Source of the DNA: Acutalibacteraceae bacterium | Lineage (GTDB): Bacteria; Bacillota; Clostridia; Oscillospirales; Acutalibacteraceae | Assembly (NCBI GenBank): GCA_045616815.1 | Contig: JAZLHN010000173.1 | Coordinates: 10,564 to 74,563 of the forward strand | Direction of reading: 5' to 3' | DNA length: 64,000 bases | Shown here: one piece after another, positions 45,655-54,926 of the stretch | How positions within the stretch are numbered: position 1 is the stretch's first letter | Layout: the number at the start of each line of letters is the position of its first letter | Program-made: the position numbers and the translations under genes | The notes under the pieces: model-generated | The model's input: only the letters and a program-made list of their open reading frames with translations | The model's database searches: none | Told to the model about the DNA's origin: nothing

Positions 45655-46986
45655 ATGAATACCGCTGATATGCTTCCGGCAAAAAAAGCGGACGGCGGGC
45701 ATCCGGGCAGACTGAAAAAGGCGGGGCTCGATCTGCTTATCGCAATACCGATCTTTGTGTTTTTCGTGTTTGCCGTAAAGATCGGCGGCTATGACCTGCT
45801 GACGCTGCGTCCGAGATTGCTTATTCCTCCGATCCCGGTGTATCTCGCGGATTACAGCCTGACGTTTACGACAAAGCTGCTGATCGGTAGCGTAACGCGG
45901 CTTTTTGCCGAAAAGATCACTCTCGAGCAGATGTATGCGGTCTGCAGCGTCGCGAATATTGCCGCCGTCGGCGCGCTCTCTCTGTTCGGCGCGGCGATCC
46001 TGCGCAGCGCGATCGAATTGAAACAGTATGCCGCCGTTATCCTTTGTTCTTTTTTCGCGCTGAATGCGATGCTGCCGCTGGAGTATTATCCGTCCTTCGG
46101 CAGTTACAACACCTACTGGACGATCCTGTTCGTTTTTCTGATCTTTCTGTGCGGCGGGAAAGCTTTTTATTTACTTGCGCCGATCATCTGCGTCGTCGGT
46201 ATGCTCGTCCACGATGGTTTCTTTTTTGCGTTTCTGCCTGCCGTCATGGCGATCATCGTCTATGATCATTGCAGCGCGCAGAACGGAAAACAAAAAAAAC
46301 TCAGTGCCGCGTCCTTTCTGGTGACCGGCGCGGCCTCCGGTGCGCTGCTGATCTACTCGTCGTTTTTCCAGAACAAATATCTGAATATGACGGCGGAGGA
46401 GTTTCACGCATATATGATCTCGCGGTTCGATATATCGTTCGGCGAGCAGAAAATACTTGAAAGGAATTTCGGACCGTCCCTGTTTCCGTTTTCCTTTTTT
46501 GAAACGTATTTCTTCGATCAGTTCTCCGATGCGGCGAGCAAAGCTCCCATGACGCCGTTCGGTTATATCGCCGCCGCCAGGGCGTATCTCAGCGGCAGAG
46601 TCTCGTCCGGTTTTTATCTGCGCTATCTGGCGGTGTTCCTGCCTTTTGTGCTGATGTTCGCGGTGTTGTGGGGCTTATGCGCCAAAAAGAGCAGCGGAAT
46701 AAAGAAAGTGCCGTTTATCCTCTTTGCTCTCATTCCGTTCTCCATTCTTCCCCTGGTCGTCGTTTCGACCGATTTCCACCGTTGGATCCCCGCTGTGATG
46801 ATATCACAGTTCTCTCTCGTTTTTGCCATGCTCAAAAAAAAGGATGCGGCGTTTTCAGAGGTCATGTCCTCTCCTTTGCTGAAGAAAAAGATTTTTGCCG
46901 TGCTGATGATCGCTGCGGCGGGAATATGTATTGCCGCTCTCACGCTGTATTGCAGAGACCTTCCGATGATAGACGACGTGGCTTAG
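45655..46986 (+). CDS. Polytopic membrane protein, family X (paralogue 3 of 3; recent duplicate of 44267)
   Basis: It is colinear with 44267-45622 and has long identical stretches (PPIPVYLADYSLTFTTKLLIGSVT, STDFHRWIPA). Confidence 0.6.
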   Translation: MNTADMLPAKKADGGHPGRLKKAGLDLLIAIPIFVFFVFAVKIGGYDLLTLRPRLLIPPIPVYLADYSLTFTTKLLIGSVTRLFAEKITLEQMYAVCSVANIAAVGALSLFGAAILRSAIELKQYAAVILCSFFALNAMLPLEYYPSFGSYNTYWTILFVFLIFLCGGKAFYLLAPIICVVGMLVHDGFFFAFLPAVMAIIVYDHCSAQNGKQKKLSAASFLVTGAASGALLIYSSFFQNKYLNMTAEEFHAYMISRFDISFGEQKILERNFGPSLFPFSFFETYFFDQFSDAASKAPMTPFGYIAAARAYLSGRVSSGFYLRYLAVFLPFVLMFAVLWGLCAKKSSGIKKVPFILFALIPFSILPLVVVSTDFHRWIPAVMISQFSLVFAMLKKKDAAFSEVMSSPLLKKKIFAVLMIAAAGICIAALTLYCRDLPMIDDVA

Positions 46987-47010
46987 TATTTTTACGGAGT
47001 TGTGACGCGT

Positions 47011-48105
47011 ATGCAAAAGATACCGATGTACGATTTCTCAAGAGAATATGAACGGAACAGGCAGCGGTACACCGACGCCTTCGACAAAGTGTGCCGCACG
47101 GGGCATTTCGCCGGAGGAGAGTTTTCCGCCGCGTTTGAAAAGGGCTTCACCGCTTTTCTCTGTACGCCGTTCTGCGCCGCGGTCAACAGCGGCACCTCCG
47201 CACTTTTTCTCGCGCTCACCGCTCTCGGGATCGGTGCCGGGGATGAGGTCATCGTACCGTCGGGAACTTTTAACGCTACGCCGGGTGCCGTGATGATGTG
47301 CGGCGCGAAGCCCGTTTTCGCCGACTGTGATGAAAATACGTGGCAGATATCCCCGGACGAGGTAAAAAAACTTATCTCGAAACGAACGAAAGCCGTCATC
47401 GGCGTGCATCTGTACGGCGGCACGTTCGACGTTGAAAAAATCAAAAAAATGACCGACGAGGCCGGTATCGCTCTGCTTGAGGATACTGCGCAGGCGTTCG
47501 GCTCGAAATATAAAGACAAATACGCGGGCACGTTCGGAAAAGCGGGCTGCTTCAGCTTTTATCCGACCAAGAACTTAGGTGCGTTCGGTGAGGGCGGAGC
47601 CGTTGTCAGCGAGGACGAAGAGCTGATCCTTCGGATAAATGATCTGAAAGCGCATGACGCCCGTAACGGTTTTACCGTCCTCGGCTACAATATGCGCATG
47701 GACGGCATCCAGGGAGCGATCCTCTGTGCAAAGCTCGTCGATATGCCGGATCTCCTCGAAAAAAAACGCACTATCGCGAAAATATACGGCGAGGCGGTAG
47801 CGGAAAATCCGCTGCTTACGCCGCAGTATATCCCGCCGGAGGTCACGCCGTCCTATCATCTGTACGTTGTGAAAACGGACGACCGTGAACGCTTCCGGGC
47901 GTATATGGAGGATCGCGGCATCGAAACGGGCGTGCAGTACGCCGTGCCGTGTCACAGACAGAAGGTCTTTACGGATGCGTTCGGATATGTTCCGCTTTCC
48001 GTAACGGAAGATCTGTTTTCAAAATGTGTGTCGGTACCGGTCTATCCGTATCTGACCGACGATGAGATCAGTGCCGTTGCCGCGGCGCTGAAGGAATACC
48101 GATAA
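47011..48105 (+). CDS. DegT/DnrJ/EryC1/StrS-family PLP-dependent sugar aminotransferase
   Basis: It has the family N-terminus (IPMYDFSREY...), GDEVIVPS, and SFYPTKNLGAFGEGGAV with the catalytic Lys context. Confidence 0.8.
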   Translation: MQKIPMYDFSREYERNRQRYTDAFDKVCRTGHFAGGEFSAAFEKGFTAFLCTPFCAAVNSGTSALFLALTALGIGAGDEVIVPSGTFNATPGAVMMCGAKPVFADCDENTWQISPDEVKKLISKRTKAVIGVHLYGGTFDVEKIKKMTDEAGIALLEDTAQAFGSKYKDKYAGTFGKAGCFSFYPTKNLGAFGEGGAVVSEDEELILRINDLKAHDARNGFTVLGYNMRMDGIQGAILCAKLVDMPDLLEKKRTIAKIYGEAVAENPLLTPQYIPPEVTPSYHLYVVKTDDRERFRAYMEDRGIETGVQYAVPCHRQKVFTDAFGYVPLSVTEDLFSKCVSVPVYPYLTDDEISAVAAALKEYR

Positions 48106-48121
48106 CGAAAGGATGAAGCCT

Positions 48122-49069
48122 ATGGCGAAAATATTATGGATCGTCGTACCCTGCTACAACGAGCACGAGGTACTGCCCGTATCGGCTCCCGCTCTGCTGG
48201 AAAAGCTGAACGGTTTCATCTCCGCCGGGCGCGTATCGCCGGAAAGCCGCATCCTGTTCGTGAACGACGGCTCGAAGGACGGCACGTGGGAGATCATCTG
48301 TGCCCTGCATGAAAAAGACAAGCGCTTCTGCGGCATCAGTCTCGCCCATAACTCCGGGGAGCAGAACGCTTATCTCGCGGGCATGTTCACGGCGGTGAAA
48401 TACGCCGACGTGGTCATCACGACCGACTGCGACTTACAGGACGATATAAACGCCATGGACGAAATGCTCGACCGCTTCGACGAGGGCAGCGAGATCGTGT
48501 ACGGCGTTCGCAAAAAACGCGTGAACGAGGGCGTTATCCACCGGAACAACGCGGGACTGTTTTATAAGATCATGAAGCTGTGCGGCACGGAACTTGTGGA
48601 AGAACATTCCCAGTACCGGCTCATGAGCCGCCGCGCCGTGGAAATGCTTTCGCAGTACGGCGAAGTCAATATGTTCCTGCCCGCGCTCGTGCCGCTTCTC
48701 GGCCTTAAAAACACCACGGTGGAGCATGAACGCACGGAGCGCGCCGCCGGCACGAGCAATTATTCGTTCAAAAAGCTTGTAAAGCTCTCGGTAGAAGCTG
48801 TCACGTCGTTTTCCTCCGCGCCTTTAGCACTCATAACGCTGTTTACATTGCTGTGCGCGGTGCTTTTCGCCGCCTGCCTTGTCGGCCTGATCGTCGTATC
48901 CGTAAAGAGCGGCGCATTCAGCGTGCCGTGGGCGGTGCTCTCCTCCGTCTGGTTTATTGCCGCCGGACTCGGCGCGTCGGTGCGCATCATCGGCGAATAC
49001 GTCTGCAAAAACTATACGGAAACAAAAAAGCGTCCGAGATATAATATCGAAACGACGGTTATTTCATAA
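48122..49069 (+). CDS. GT2 polyprenyl-phosphate sugar transferase, GtrB/ArnC/CsbB-like (two C-terminal TM helices)
   Basis: VVPCYNE, NDGSKDGT and TDCDLQDD (DxD) are present, with C-terminal helices ALITLFTLLCAVLFAACLVGLIVV and WAVLSSVWFIAAGLGA. Confidence 0.75.
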   Translation: MAKILWIVVPCYNEHEVLPVSAPALLEKLNGFISAGRVSPESRILFVNDGSKDGTWEIICALHEKDKRFCGISLAHNSGEQNAYLAGMFTAVKYADVVITTDCDLQDDINAMDEMLDRFDEGSEIVYGVRKKRVNEGVIHRNNAGLFYKIMKLCGTELVEEHSQYRLMSRRAVEMLSQYGEVNMFLPALVPLLGLKNTTVEHERTERAAGTSNYSFKKLVKLSVEAVTSFSSAPLALITLFTLLCAVLFAACLVGLIVVSVKSGAFSVPWAVLSSVWFIAAGLGASVRIIGEYVCKNYTETKKRPRYNIETTVIS

Positions 49070-49088
49070 AAAGGAAAGAAATGTCATC

Positions 49089-51011
49089 ATGAAAAAAAAC
49101 GTCTATTTTGTTCAAGTGAATGTGGCTTACAGTGATTACTTCGCTTATCTTCCTTACACGGCAGGCTGTATCGCGGCATATGTGTTTGCGGATGACGCAA
49201 TAAATGAAAAATACGCGCTCGGTGATATCCTTCATCTGCGTAAACCGGTCGACGAGGCTCTCGCGGAATTGGACAGTCCCGCCGTCGTCGGTTTCTCCTG
49301 TTACGTCTGGAATATGGAGTATAATAAAACGCTTGCGCGTCTCATAAAGGAAAAATATCCGGACTGTCTGATCGTTTTCGGCGGACACAATATCCCGTTC
49401 GATACGTCTGTGCTGGAAAGTGAGCCGTACATCGACGTGCTTATACACGGTGAGGGCGAAGTATGCTTCAGAGATCTGCTTCTTGCCGCCGACCGGGGGG
49501 ACATCTCCGGGGTCAATGATATATCCTACCGCAGCGGCGATCGGTACGTCACCACGCCCCAAAGAGACAAGTGTTTTCCGTTGGATACGTTCCCGTCGCC
49601 GTATACGACCGGTCTTTTTGATAAAATGCTGGAAAAATATCCCGATATAGCTTTTCAGGCAACGCTCGAAACAAACCGCGGCTGCCCGTATGCCTGCGCG
49701 TTCTGCGACTGGTCCTTTACCGAAAAGCTGCGGTATTTTCCCATGGAAAAGGTGAAGGCGGAAATCGATTGGTTAAGTGAACATAAGATCACCTACTGCT
49801 ATTGTGCGGATTCCAATTTCGGCATTGCCAAAAGAGATCTGGAGATCGCGGAGTACGTTGTAAAACGCCATAATGAAACGGGATATCCGCAGATCTTCAA
49901 GCCCTGCTATGCAAAAAACAGCGACGATCTTGTGTTTGAGATCGGTAAGCTGCTCAATACCAACGGTGCGGATAAAGGCGTCACGCTTGCGTATCAGTCC
50001 ATGAATCCGGTCGTGCTGGAGAATATCGGCAGAAAAAACCTGGATATGAAATATTACGCCGATCTGAACGCCAAATATTCCGCGGCCGGGATACCCACTT
50101 ATACCGAGCTGATCCTCGGTCTGCCGGGGGAGACCTATGAGAGTTTCTGCAGCGGTCTGTGTTCTTTACTGGAAGCCGGACAGCACAACTCCATGACGGT
50201 ATATACCTGTCAGGTTTATTGCAATGCGCCGCTCGCGCAGCCGGATTACCGGGATAAATACGGCATCCGCTGGGAACATCAGAAGCTGAACGGCATCCAT
50301 TATCCCGCGAATTTCAACGGCGTGCAGGAGTATTACGACGTCGTGGTCGAAACGAAGGATATGTCCAAAGCGGACTGGGTGCGCGCCAATATGTTTTCGG
50401 TCACTCTGCAGAGCTTCCATCATTTAGGACTTCTGCGCTGTTTCGCCATATATATGCGGCATGAGTACGGGTTGAGCTATTATGATTTTTATAATCGCCT
50501 TCTGGATTATATCTTCTCGGATGAGAGCCGCTATATCTGTTCTCTTTTCCGCATGATAGAACACAGAACGTTTGATGCAGAGCATCTGGAATGGTGCTAT
50601 CAGAACGACAGATTCAGCAAGGTCGGCTGGTATTTTGAGGAGGGTATCTTCCTTGATATCGCATATAATTTCGATACCTACGTCAAAGAGATATCCGACT
50701 TCGTAAGCTCACTCGGTATCGATGAGGAGATATGCCGTGAGATGTTCCGCTATCAGTGCGGGATCCTTCGTATGCCGGGGCAGAAGAAAGTGACCGTGGA
50801 AAGCGCTTTTGATTTCTACACCTATTTTGAAAATATCTATGAGGATAAATATTCACCGCTGGAAAAAAAGCATACCGTTCTGACGGTCGTTCCCGAAAAG
50901 GATATCGACAGCTGGGACGTATATGCGCGTGAGATCATCTGGTACGGTAAACGCCGCAGCGCCACGCTCCTTACCAATCCCCGGGATCATAAGGAACTGA
51001 AATACGTTTGA
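49089..51011 (+). CDS. B12-binding-domain-type radical SAM enzyme, clade A (A1)
   Basis: MKKNVYFVQ...YLPYTAG, VFGGHN, HGEGE, TNRGCPYACAFCDW and WDVYAREIIWYGKRR are present. SD aaaggaaag precedes ATG 49089 (the ORF track starts at 48957 inside the upstream gene). Confidence 0.85.
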   Translation: MKKNVYFVQVNVAYSDYFAYLPYTAGCIAAYVFADDAINEKYALGDILHLRKPVDEALAELDSPAVVGFSCYVWNMEYNKTLARLIKEKYPDCLIVFGGHNIPFDTSVLESEPYIDVLIHGEGEVCFRDLLLAADRGDISGVNDISYRSGDRYVTTPQRDKCFPLDTFPSPYTTGLFDKMLEKYPDIAFQATLETNRGCPYACAFCDWSFTEKLRYFPMEKVKAEIDWLSEHKITYCYCADSNFGIAKRDLEIAEYVVKRHNETGYPQIFKPCYAKNSDDLVFEIGKLLNTNGADKGVTLAYQSMNPVVLENIGRKNLDMKYYADLNAKYSAAGIPTYTELILGLPGETYESFCSGLCSLLEAGQHNSMTVYTCQVYCNAPLAQPDYRDKYGIRWEHQKLNGIHYPANFNGVQEYYDVVVETKDMSKADWVRANMFSVTLQSFHHLGLLRCFAIYMRHEYGLSYYDFYNRLLDYIFSDESRYICSLFRMIEHRTFDAEHLEWCYQNDRFSKVGWYFEEGIFLDIAYNFDTYVKEISDFVSSLGIDEEICREMFRYQCGILRMPGQKKVTVESAFDFYTYFENIYEDKYSPLEKKHTVLTVVPEKDIDSWDVYAREIIWYGKRRSATLLTNPRDHKELKYV

Positions 51012-51037
51012 TACATTAAAACGAAAGAACGGTCTGT

Positions 51038-52960
51038 ATGAAAAAAAATGTTTATCTCGTTCAGGCAAACGTGACCTACAGCGATTTCATCGCCTACCTG
51101 CCCTATGCGGCGGGGTGCATCATGGCGTACGCGCTGAACGATAAGGATATCACCGAGAAATACGATTTCGGCGATATCCTGTACCGGCGGCATACGGTGC
51201 AGGAAAGTCTTGAACAGCTGAAATCCCCCTCCGTCGTCGGATTTTCCTGCTATATCTGGAATATGGAATACAACAAAGCGCTCGCGCGGGCGGTGAAGGA
51301 GCGGTATCCCGACTGTCTGATCGTTTTCGGCGGTCACAATATCCCGTTCGATACCTCCCTTTTGGATGCTGAGCCGTATATCGACGTGCTCATGCACGGC
51401 GAAGGGGAACGCGGTTTTGCGGAGCTGCTCAAGGCATTCGACAAGGGCGATATCTCCGGCGTGGACGGCATATCCTTCCGCAGGGACGGCACGGCTGTGA
51501 TGAACCGCCCTGCCGATAAATGTCTGCCGGTCGATGAGTTTCCGTCCCCGTACTTAACGGGGCTTTTCGATAAAATGCTGGAGAAAGATCCGCAGATCGG
51601 CTTCCAGGGAACGCTTGAGACCAATCGCGGCTGTCCGTATACCTGTGCGTTCTGCGACTGGTGCTTCTCCGAAAAGATACGCTTCTTCCCGATGGAGAAG
51701 ATCAAAAAAGAGATCGACTGGATGGCGGAGCATAAAATACCCTACTGCTACTGCGCCGACTCCAATTTCGGTATCGCCGAAAGAGACCTTGAGATCGCCG
51801 AGTACATCGTAAAACGGCATAACGAAACGGGTTATCCCGCCGTATTCAAGCCCTGCTACGCCAAAAACAGCGACGACCTCGTTTTTAAGATCGGCTGTAT
51901 CCTCAATGCCACGGGTGTGGATAAGGGCGTCACTCTCGCCTATCAGTCGATGGATCCGCAGGTGCTGGAAAACATCGGCCGCCGCAATCTCGACGTGCAG
52001 TATTACACGGATCTCAACGCCCGCTATTCGGCGGCGGGGATCCCCACCTACACCGAGCTGATCCTCGGATTGCCGGGCGAAACCTACGAGAGCTTCTGTC
52101 ACGGTCTGTGCTCGCTGCTTGAGGCGGGACAGCACAATTCCATGACGGTGTATACCTGCCAGGTGTACTGCAATTCTCCGATCGCGCAGCCGGGATACCG
52201 TGATAGATACGGTATCCGCTGGGAACGCCAGAAGCTCCACGGCATCCATTATCCCGCGAACTTCAACGGGGTGCAGGAGTATTACGACGTGATCGTGGAA
52301 ACGAAGGATATGTCCAAGGCGGACTGGGTGAAAGCCAATATGTTCTCCGTGACTCTGCAGAGCTTCCACCATTTGGGACTTCTGCGCTGCTTCGCGCTGT
52401 ACGCGCGGCATGAGCTGGATATAAGCTACTTCGATTTCTATAACCGACTGCTCGATTATATCTTCTCCGACGAAACGAAAAATATATACAAGCTCTTTGA
52501 AAAAATACGGCACGATACGAACGATACCGCCCATTCCGACTGGTGCTATCAGAACGATATTTTCAGCAAGGTGGGATGGTATTTCGAGGAAGGCATTTTC
52601 CTTGACCTCGCATACAACTTTGAGGAATACAAAAAGGATATCTACGGTTTTATCTCCTCCCTCGGTATCGAAAAGGAGATCGCGGACGAACTGTTCGATT
52701 ATCAGTGCGGCATCATCCGCAAACCGGGGCAGACGAAGGTCACGGTTACGAGCGAATACGATTTTTACACCTACATCGAAAATATCTATGAGAACCGGTA
52801 TTCTCCGCTCGAAAAGAAAAAGACCGAGCTGACGGTATATCCGGCGAAAGAAATAAATTCATGGGACGTTTACGCCCGTGAGATCATCTGGTACGGTAAG
52901 CGCCGCAGCGCAACCCTGCTTACCAATCCGTTTGACAGAAAAGAGATAAAATATATCTGA
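51038..52960 (+). CDS. B12-binding-domain-type radical SAM enzyme, clade A (A1), tandem duplicate of 49089-51011
   Basis: It is also 640 aa and aligns colinearly without gaps. It carries TNRGCPYTCAFCDW and WDVYAREIIWYGKRR. Confidence 0.85.
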   Translation: MKKNVYLVQANVTYSDFIAYLPYAAGCIMAYALNDKDITEKYDFGDILYRRHTVQESLEQLKSPSVVGFSCYIWNMEYNKALARAVKERYPDCLIVFGGHNIPFDTSLLDAEPYIDVLMHGEGERGFAELLKAFDKGDISGVDGISFRRDGTAVMNRPADKCLPVDEFPSPYLTGLFDKMLEKDPQIGFQGTLETNRGCPYTCAFCDWCFSEKIRFFPMEKIKKEIDWMAEHKIPYCYCADSNFGIAERDLEIAEYIVKRHNETGYPAVFKPCYAKNSDDLVFKIGCILNATGVDKGVTLAYQSMDPQVLENIGRRNLDVQYYTDLNARYSAAGIPTYTELILGLPGETYESFCHGLCSLLEAGQHNSMTVYTCQVYCNSPIAQPGYRDRYGIRWERQKLHGIHYPANFNGVQEYYDVIVETKDMSKADWVKANMFSVTLQSFHHLGLLRCFALYARHELDISYFDFYNRLLDYIFSDETKNIYKLFEKIRHDTNDTAHSDWCYQNDIFSKVGWYFEEGIFLDLAYNFEEYKKDIYGFISSLGIEKEIADELFDYQCGIIRKPGQTKVTVTSEYDFYTYIENIYENRYSPLEKKKTELTVYPAKEINSWDVYAREIIWYGKRRSATLLTNPFDRKEIKYI

Positions 52961-52986
52961 TGCGCGCTGCGAAAAAAGGTGACAGA

Positions 52987-54909
52987 ATGAAAAACGTATA
53001 CATGGTGCAGGCGTCCGCGACCTACGGCGGCAACGTTTTCAAGGCGGCGTATCTGCCCTATGCCGCCGGGCTGCTGATCGCAAACGCCTGGACGGAAGAG
53101 ACCATAAAAAAAGAATACGCGTTCAAACGCTTCATCTTTACCCGCGAGCCCACCGACGAGTGCGTTTCGTCGCTGGAGTCACCCGCGGTGATGGGCTTTT
53201 CAAACTATATCTGGAATACGCAGTATGATCTCGCGCTCGCGAAAAAGGTCAAGGCAAAATTCCCGGATTGTGTGATCGTTTTCGGCGGGCATAACGTCCC
53301 TCCGGAAGATGAGTTTCTGAAAAAATATCCCTTCATCGACTTCCTGATCCACGCCGAGGGCGAAGAAGCTTTCGCGGCTCTGTTAGCTGAACTGACGAAG
53401 GAAAAGCCCGATTTTTCCGGAATAAACAATCTGTCCTTCCGCACGCAGGACGGCTGCGTCACCACGCCGACGGAGGTACTCCGCCGGACGGATTATCCGT
53501 CGCCCTATCTGGAGGGATGGTTCGACTCCATCTTTGAGGAGCATCCCGATATGCAGCTCGATGCGATCCTCGAAACGTCGCGCGGCTGTCCGCGCAGCTG
53601 CGCTTACTGCGATTGGGGCTGCAACTGTGCCGGTGTCAAGCTCTATCCGATGGAGCGGATCCTCGCCGAGATCGACTGGTTCGCCGCGCACAAGGTCGCG
53701 TTTATCTGGGGGGCCGACGCCAATTTCGGCGCTTACGGGCGCGACGTGGAGATCGCCCGCTATCTCATGGAGACGCGCGAAAAATACGGCTACCCGGAGC
53801 GCCTTCGCACCAATTATGCCAAAAACGACCGTGACCGCGTGCTTCTCATCAACAGTATGCTTGAAAAAAACGGCGTCACCAAGGAAGGCGCGACGCTTTC
53901 GTTCCAGAGCCTCAATCCCGATACGCTCAGAGCCATCGGCAGGCAGAATATGAGCATGGAGGATTTCCGCGCGCAGATGTCGAATTACCGCAAAGAGGGC
54001 GTCACCACCTATTCGGAGCTGATCCTCGGTCTTCCGATGGAGACCTACGACAGCTTCTGCCGCGGCATCGGCACACTGCTGGAAAACGGTCAGCACCGTC
54101 TCATAAAGGTATATAACTGCGAGCTGCTCCCCAATTCTCCGATGGCGCAGCCCGCCTACAGAGAAAAATACGGCATCAAAACGGCAAACGTGGTATTCCT
54201 TACCGCACATTCGGGTGTGGATCCCGAGATAACGGAACGAACGGATTACGTCGTTGCCACCAATACCATGAACGGGGAGGAGTGGGTGAAGTCCAACCTT
54301 TTTGCCTGCTATGAGAATTCCTTCCATCACAACGGCTCTCTCCGCTATATCGCCATCTACGCGTTTTATGAGCTCAATATCCGCTATGAGGATTTTTACA
54401 ACGCCGTGATCGACCGCATCAGACGGGCGGAGGATTCCGCGATGCACGGCAGCTACGCTTTCCTGGATCATTTTTATCATACGGTGATAAACGAGGAACC
54501 GATGAAGCTCTATACGAACGAGCTCTACGGCAGGCTGTCGTGGGCGCCCGAGTACGTGCCGCATCTCGAGGTGATCTGCCGTCTGGATACGTTTTACGAT
54601 GAAATGCGGGAGCTTTTTATCTCGCTCGGCATAAAGGAAGAGATCCTGGACGAACTGTACGATTATCAGAGATGTATGCTCAAGCGTGCGTTCGCCAATC
54701 ATTATTCCCATACTTTTACTTACGACTGGCATAAATATTTCACCGCCGCGATCAACGGCAGTCCGGAGCCGCTCGAAAAACGCGCCAACCGTATAAGCGT
54801 CAACAACGACGTGACCTATGAGAGCTGGAGCGAGTACGCCGTGAACGCCGTATGGTTCGGCAAGGACGGTTTTTCTATCAATCCCGGCGTAACGGAAGAA
54901 TATATCTGA
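52987..54909 (+). CDS. B12-binding-domain-type radical SAM enzyme, clade A (A2)
   Basis: MKNVYMVQ...YLPYAAG, VFGGHN, HAEGE, TSRGCPRSCAYCDWG and YAVNAVWFGK. Confidence 0.85.
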   Translation: MKNVYMVQASATYGGNVFKAAYLPYAAGLLIANAWTEETIKKEYAFKRFIFTREPTDECVSSLESPAVMGFSNYIWNTQYDLALAKKVKAKFPDCVIVFGGHNVPPEDEFLKKYPFIDFLIHAEGEEAFAALLAELTKEKPDFSGINNLSFRTQDGCVTTPTEVLRRTDYPSPYLEGWFDSIFEEHPDMQLDAILETSRGCPRSCAYCDWGCNCAGVKLYPMERILAEIDWFAAHKVAFIWGADANFGAYGRDVEIARYLMETREKYGYPERLRTNYAKNDRDRVLLINSMLEKNGVTKEGATLSFQSLNPDTLRAIGRQNMSMEDFRAQMSNYRKEGVTTYSELILGLPMETYDSFCRGIGTLLENGQHRLIKVYNCELLPNSPMAQPAYREKYGIKTANVVFLTAHSGVDPEITERTDYVVATNTMNGEEWVKSNLFACYENSFHHNGSLRYIAIYAFYELNIRYEDFYNAVIDRIRRAEDSAMHGSYAFLDHFYHTVINEEPMKLYTNELYGRLSWAPEYVPHLEVICRLDTFYDEMRELFISLGIKEEILDELYDYQRCMLKRAFANHYSHTFTYDWHKYFTAAINGSPEPLEKRANRISVNNDVTYESWSEYAVNAVWFGKDGFSINPGVTEEYI

Positions 54910-54910
54910 C

Positions 54911-54919
54911 GGGGGGGGG
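54911..54919. repeat. Homopolymeric G9 tract in a 17-nt intercistronic spacer (doubles as the SD region)
   Basis: Read directly: TGA c ggggggggg tgacggt ATG. Confidence 0.95.
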
Positions 54920-54926
54920 TGACGGT

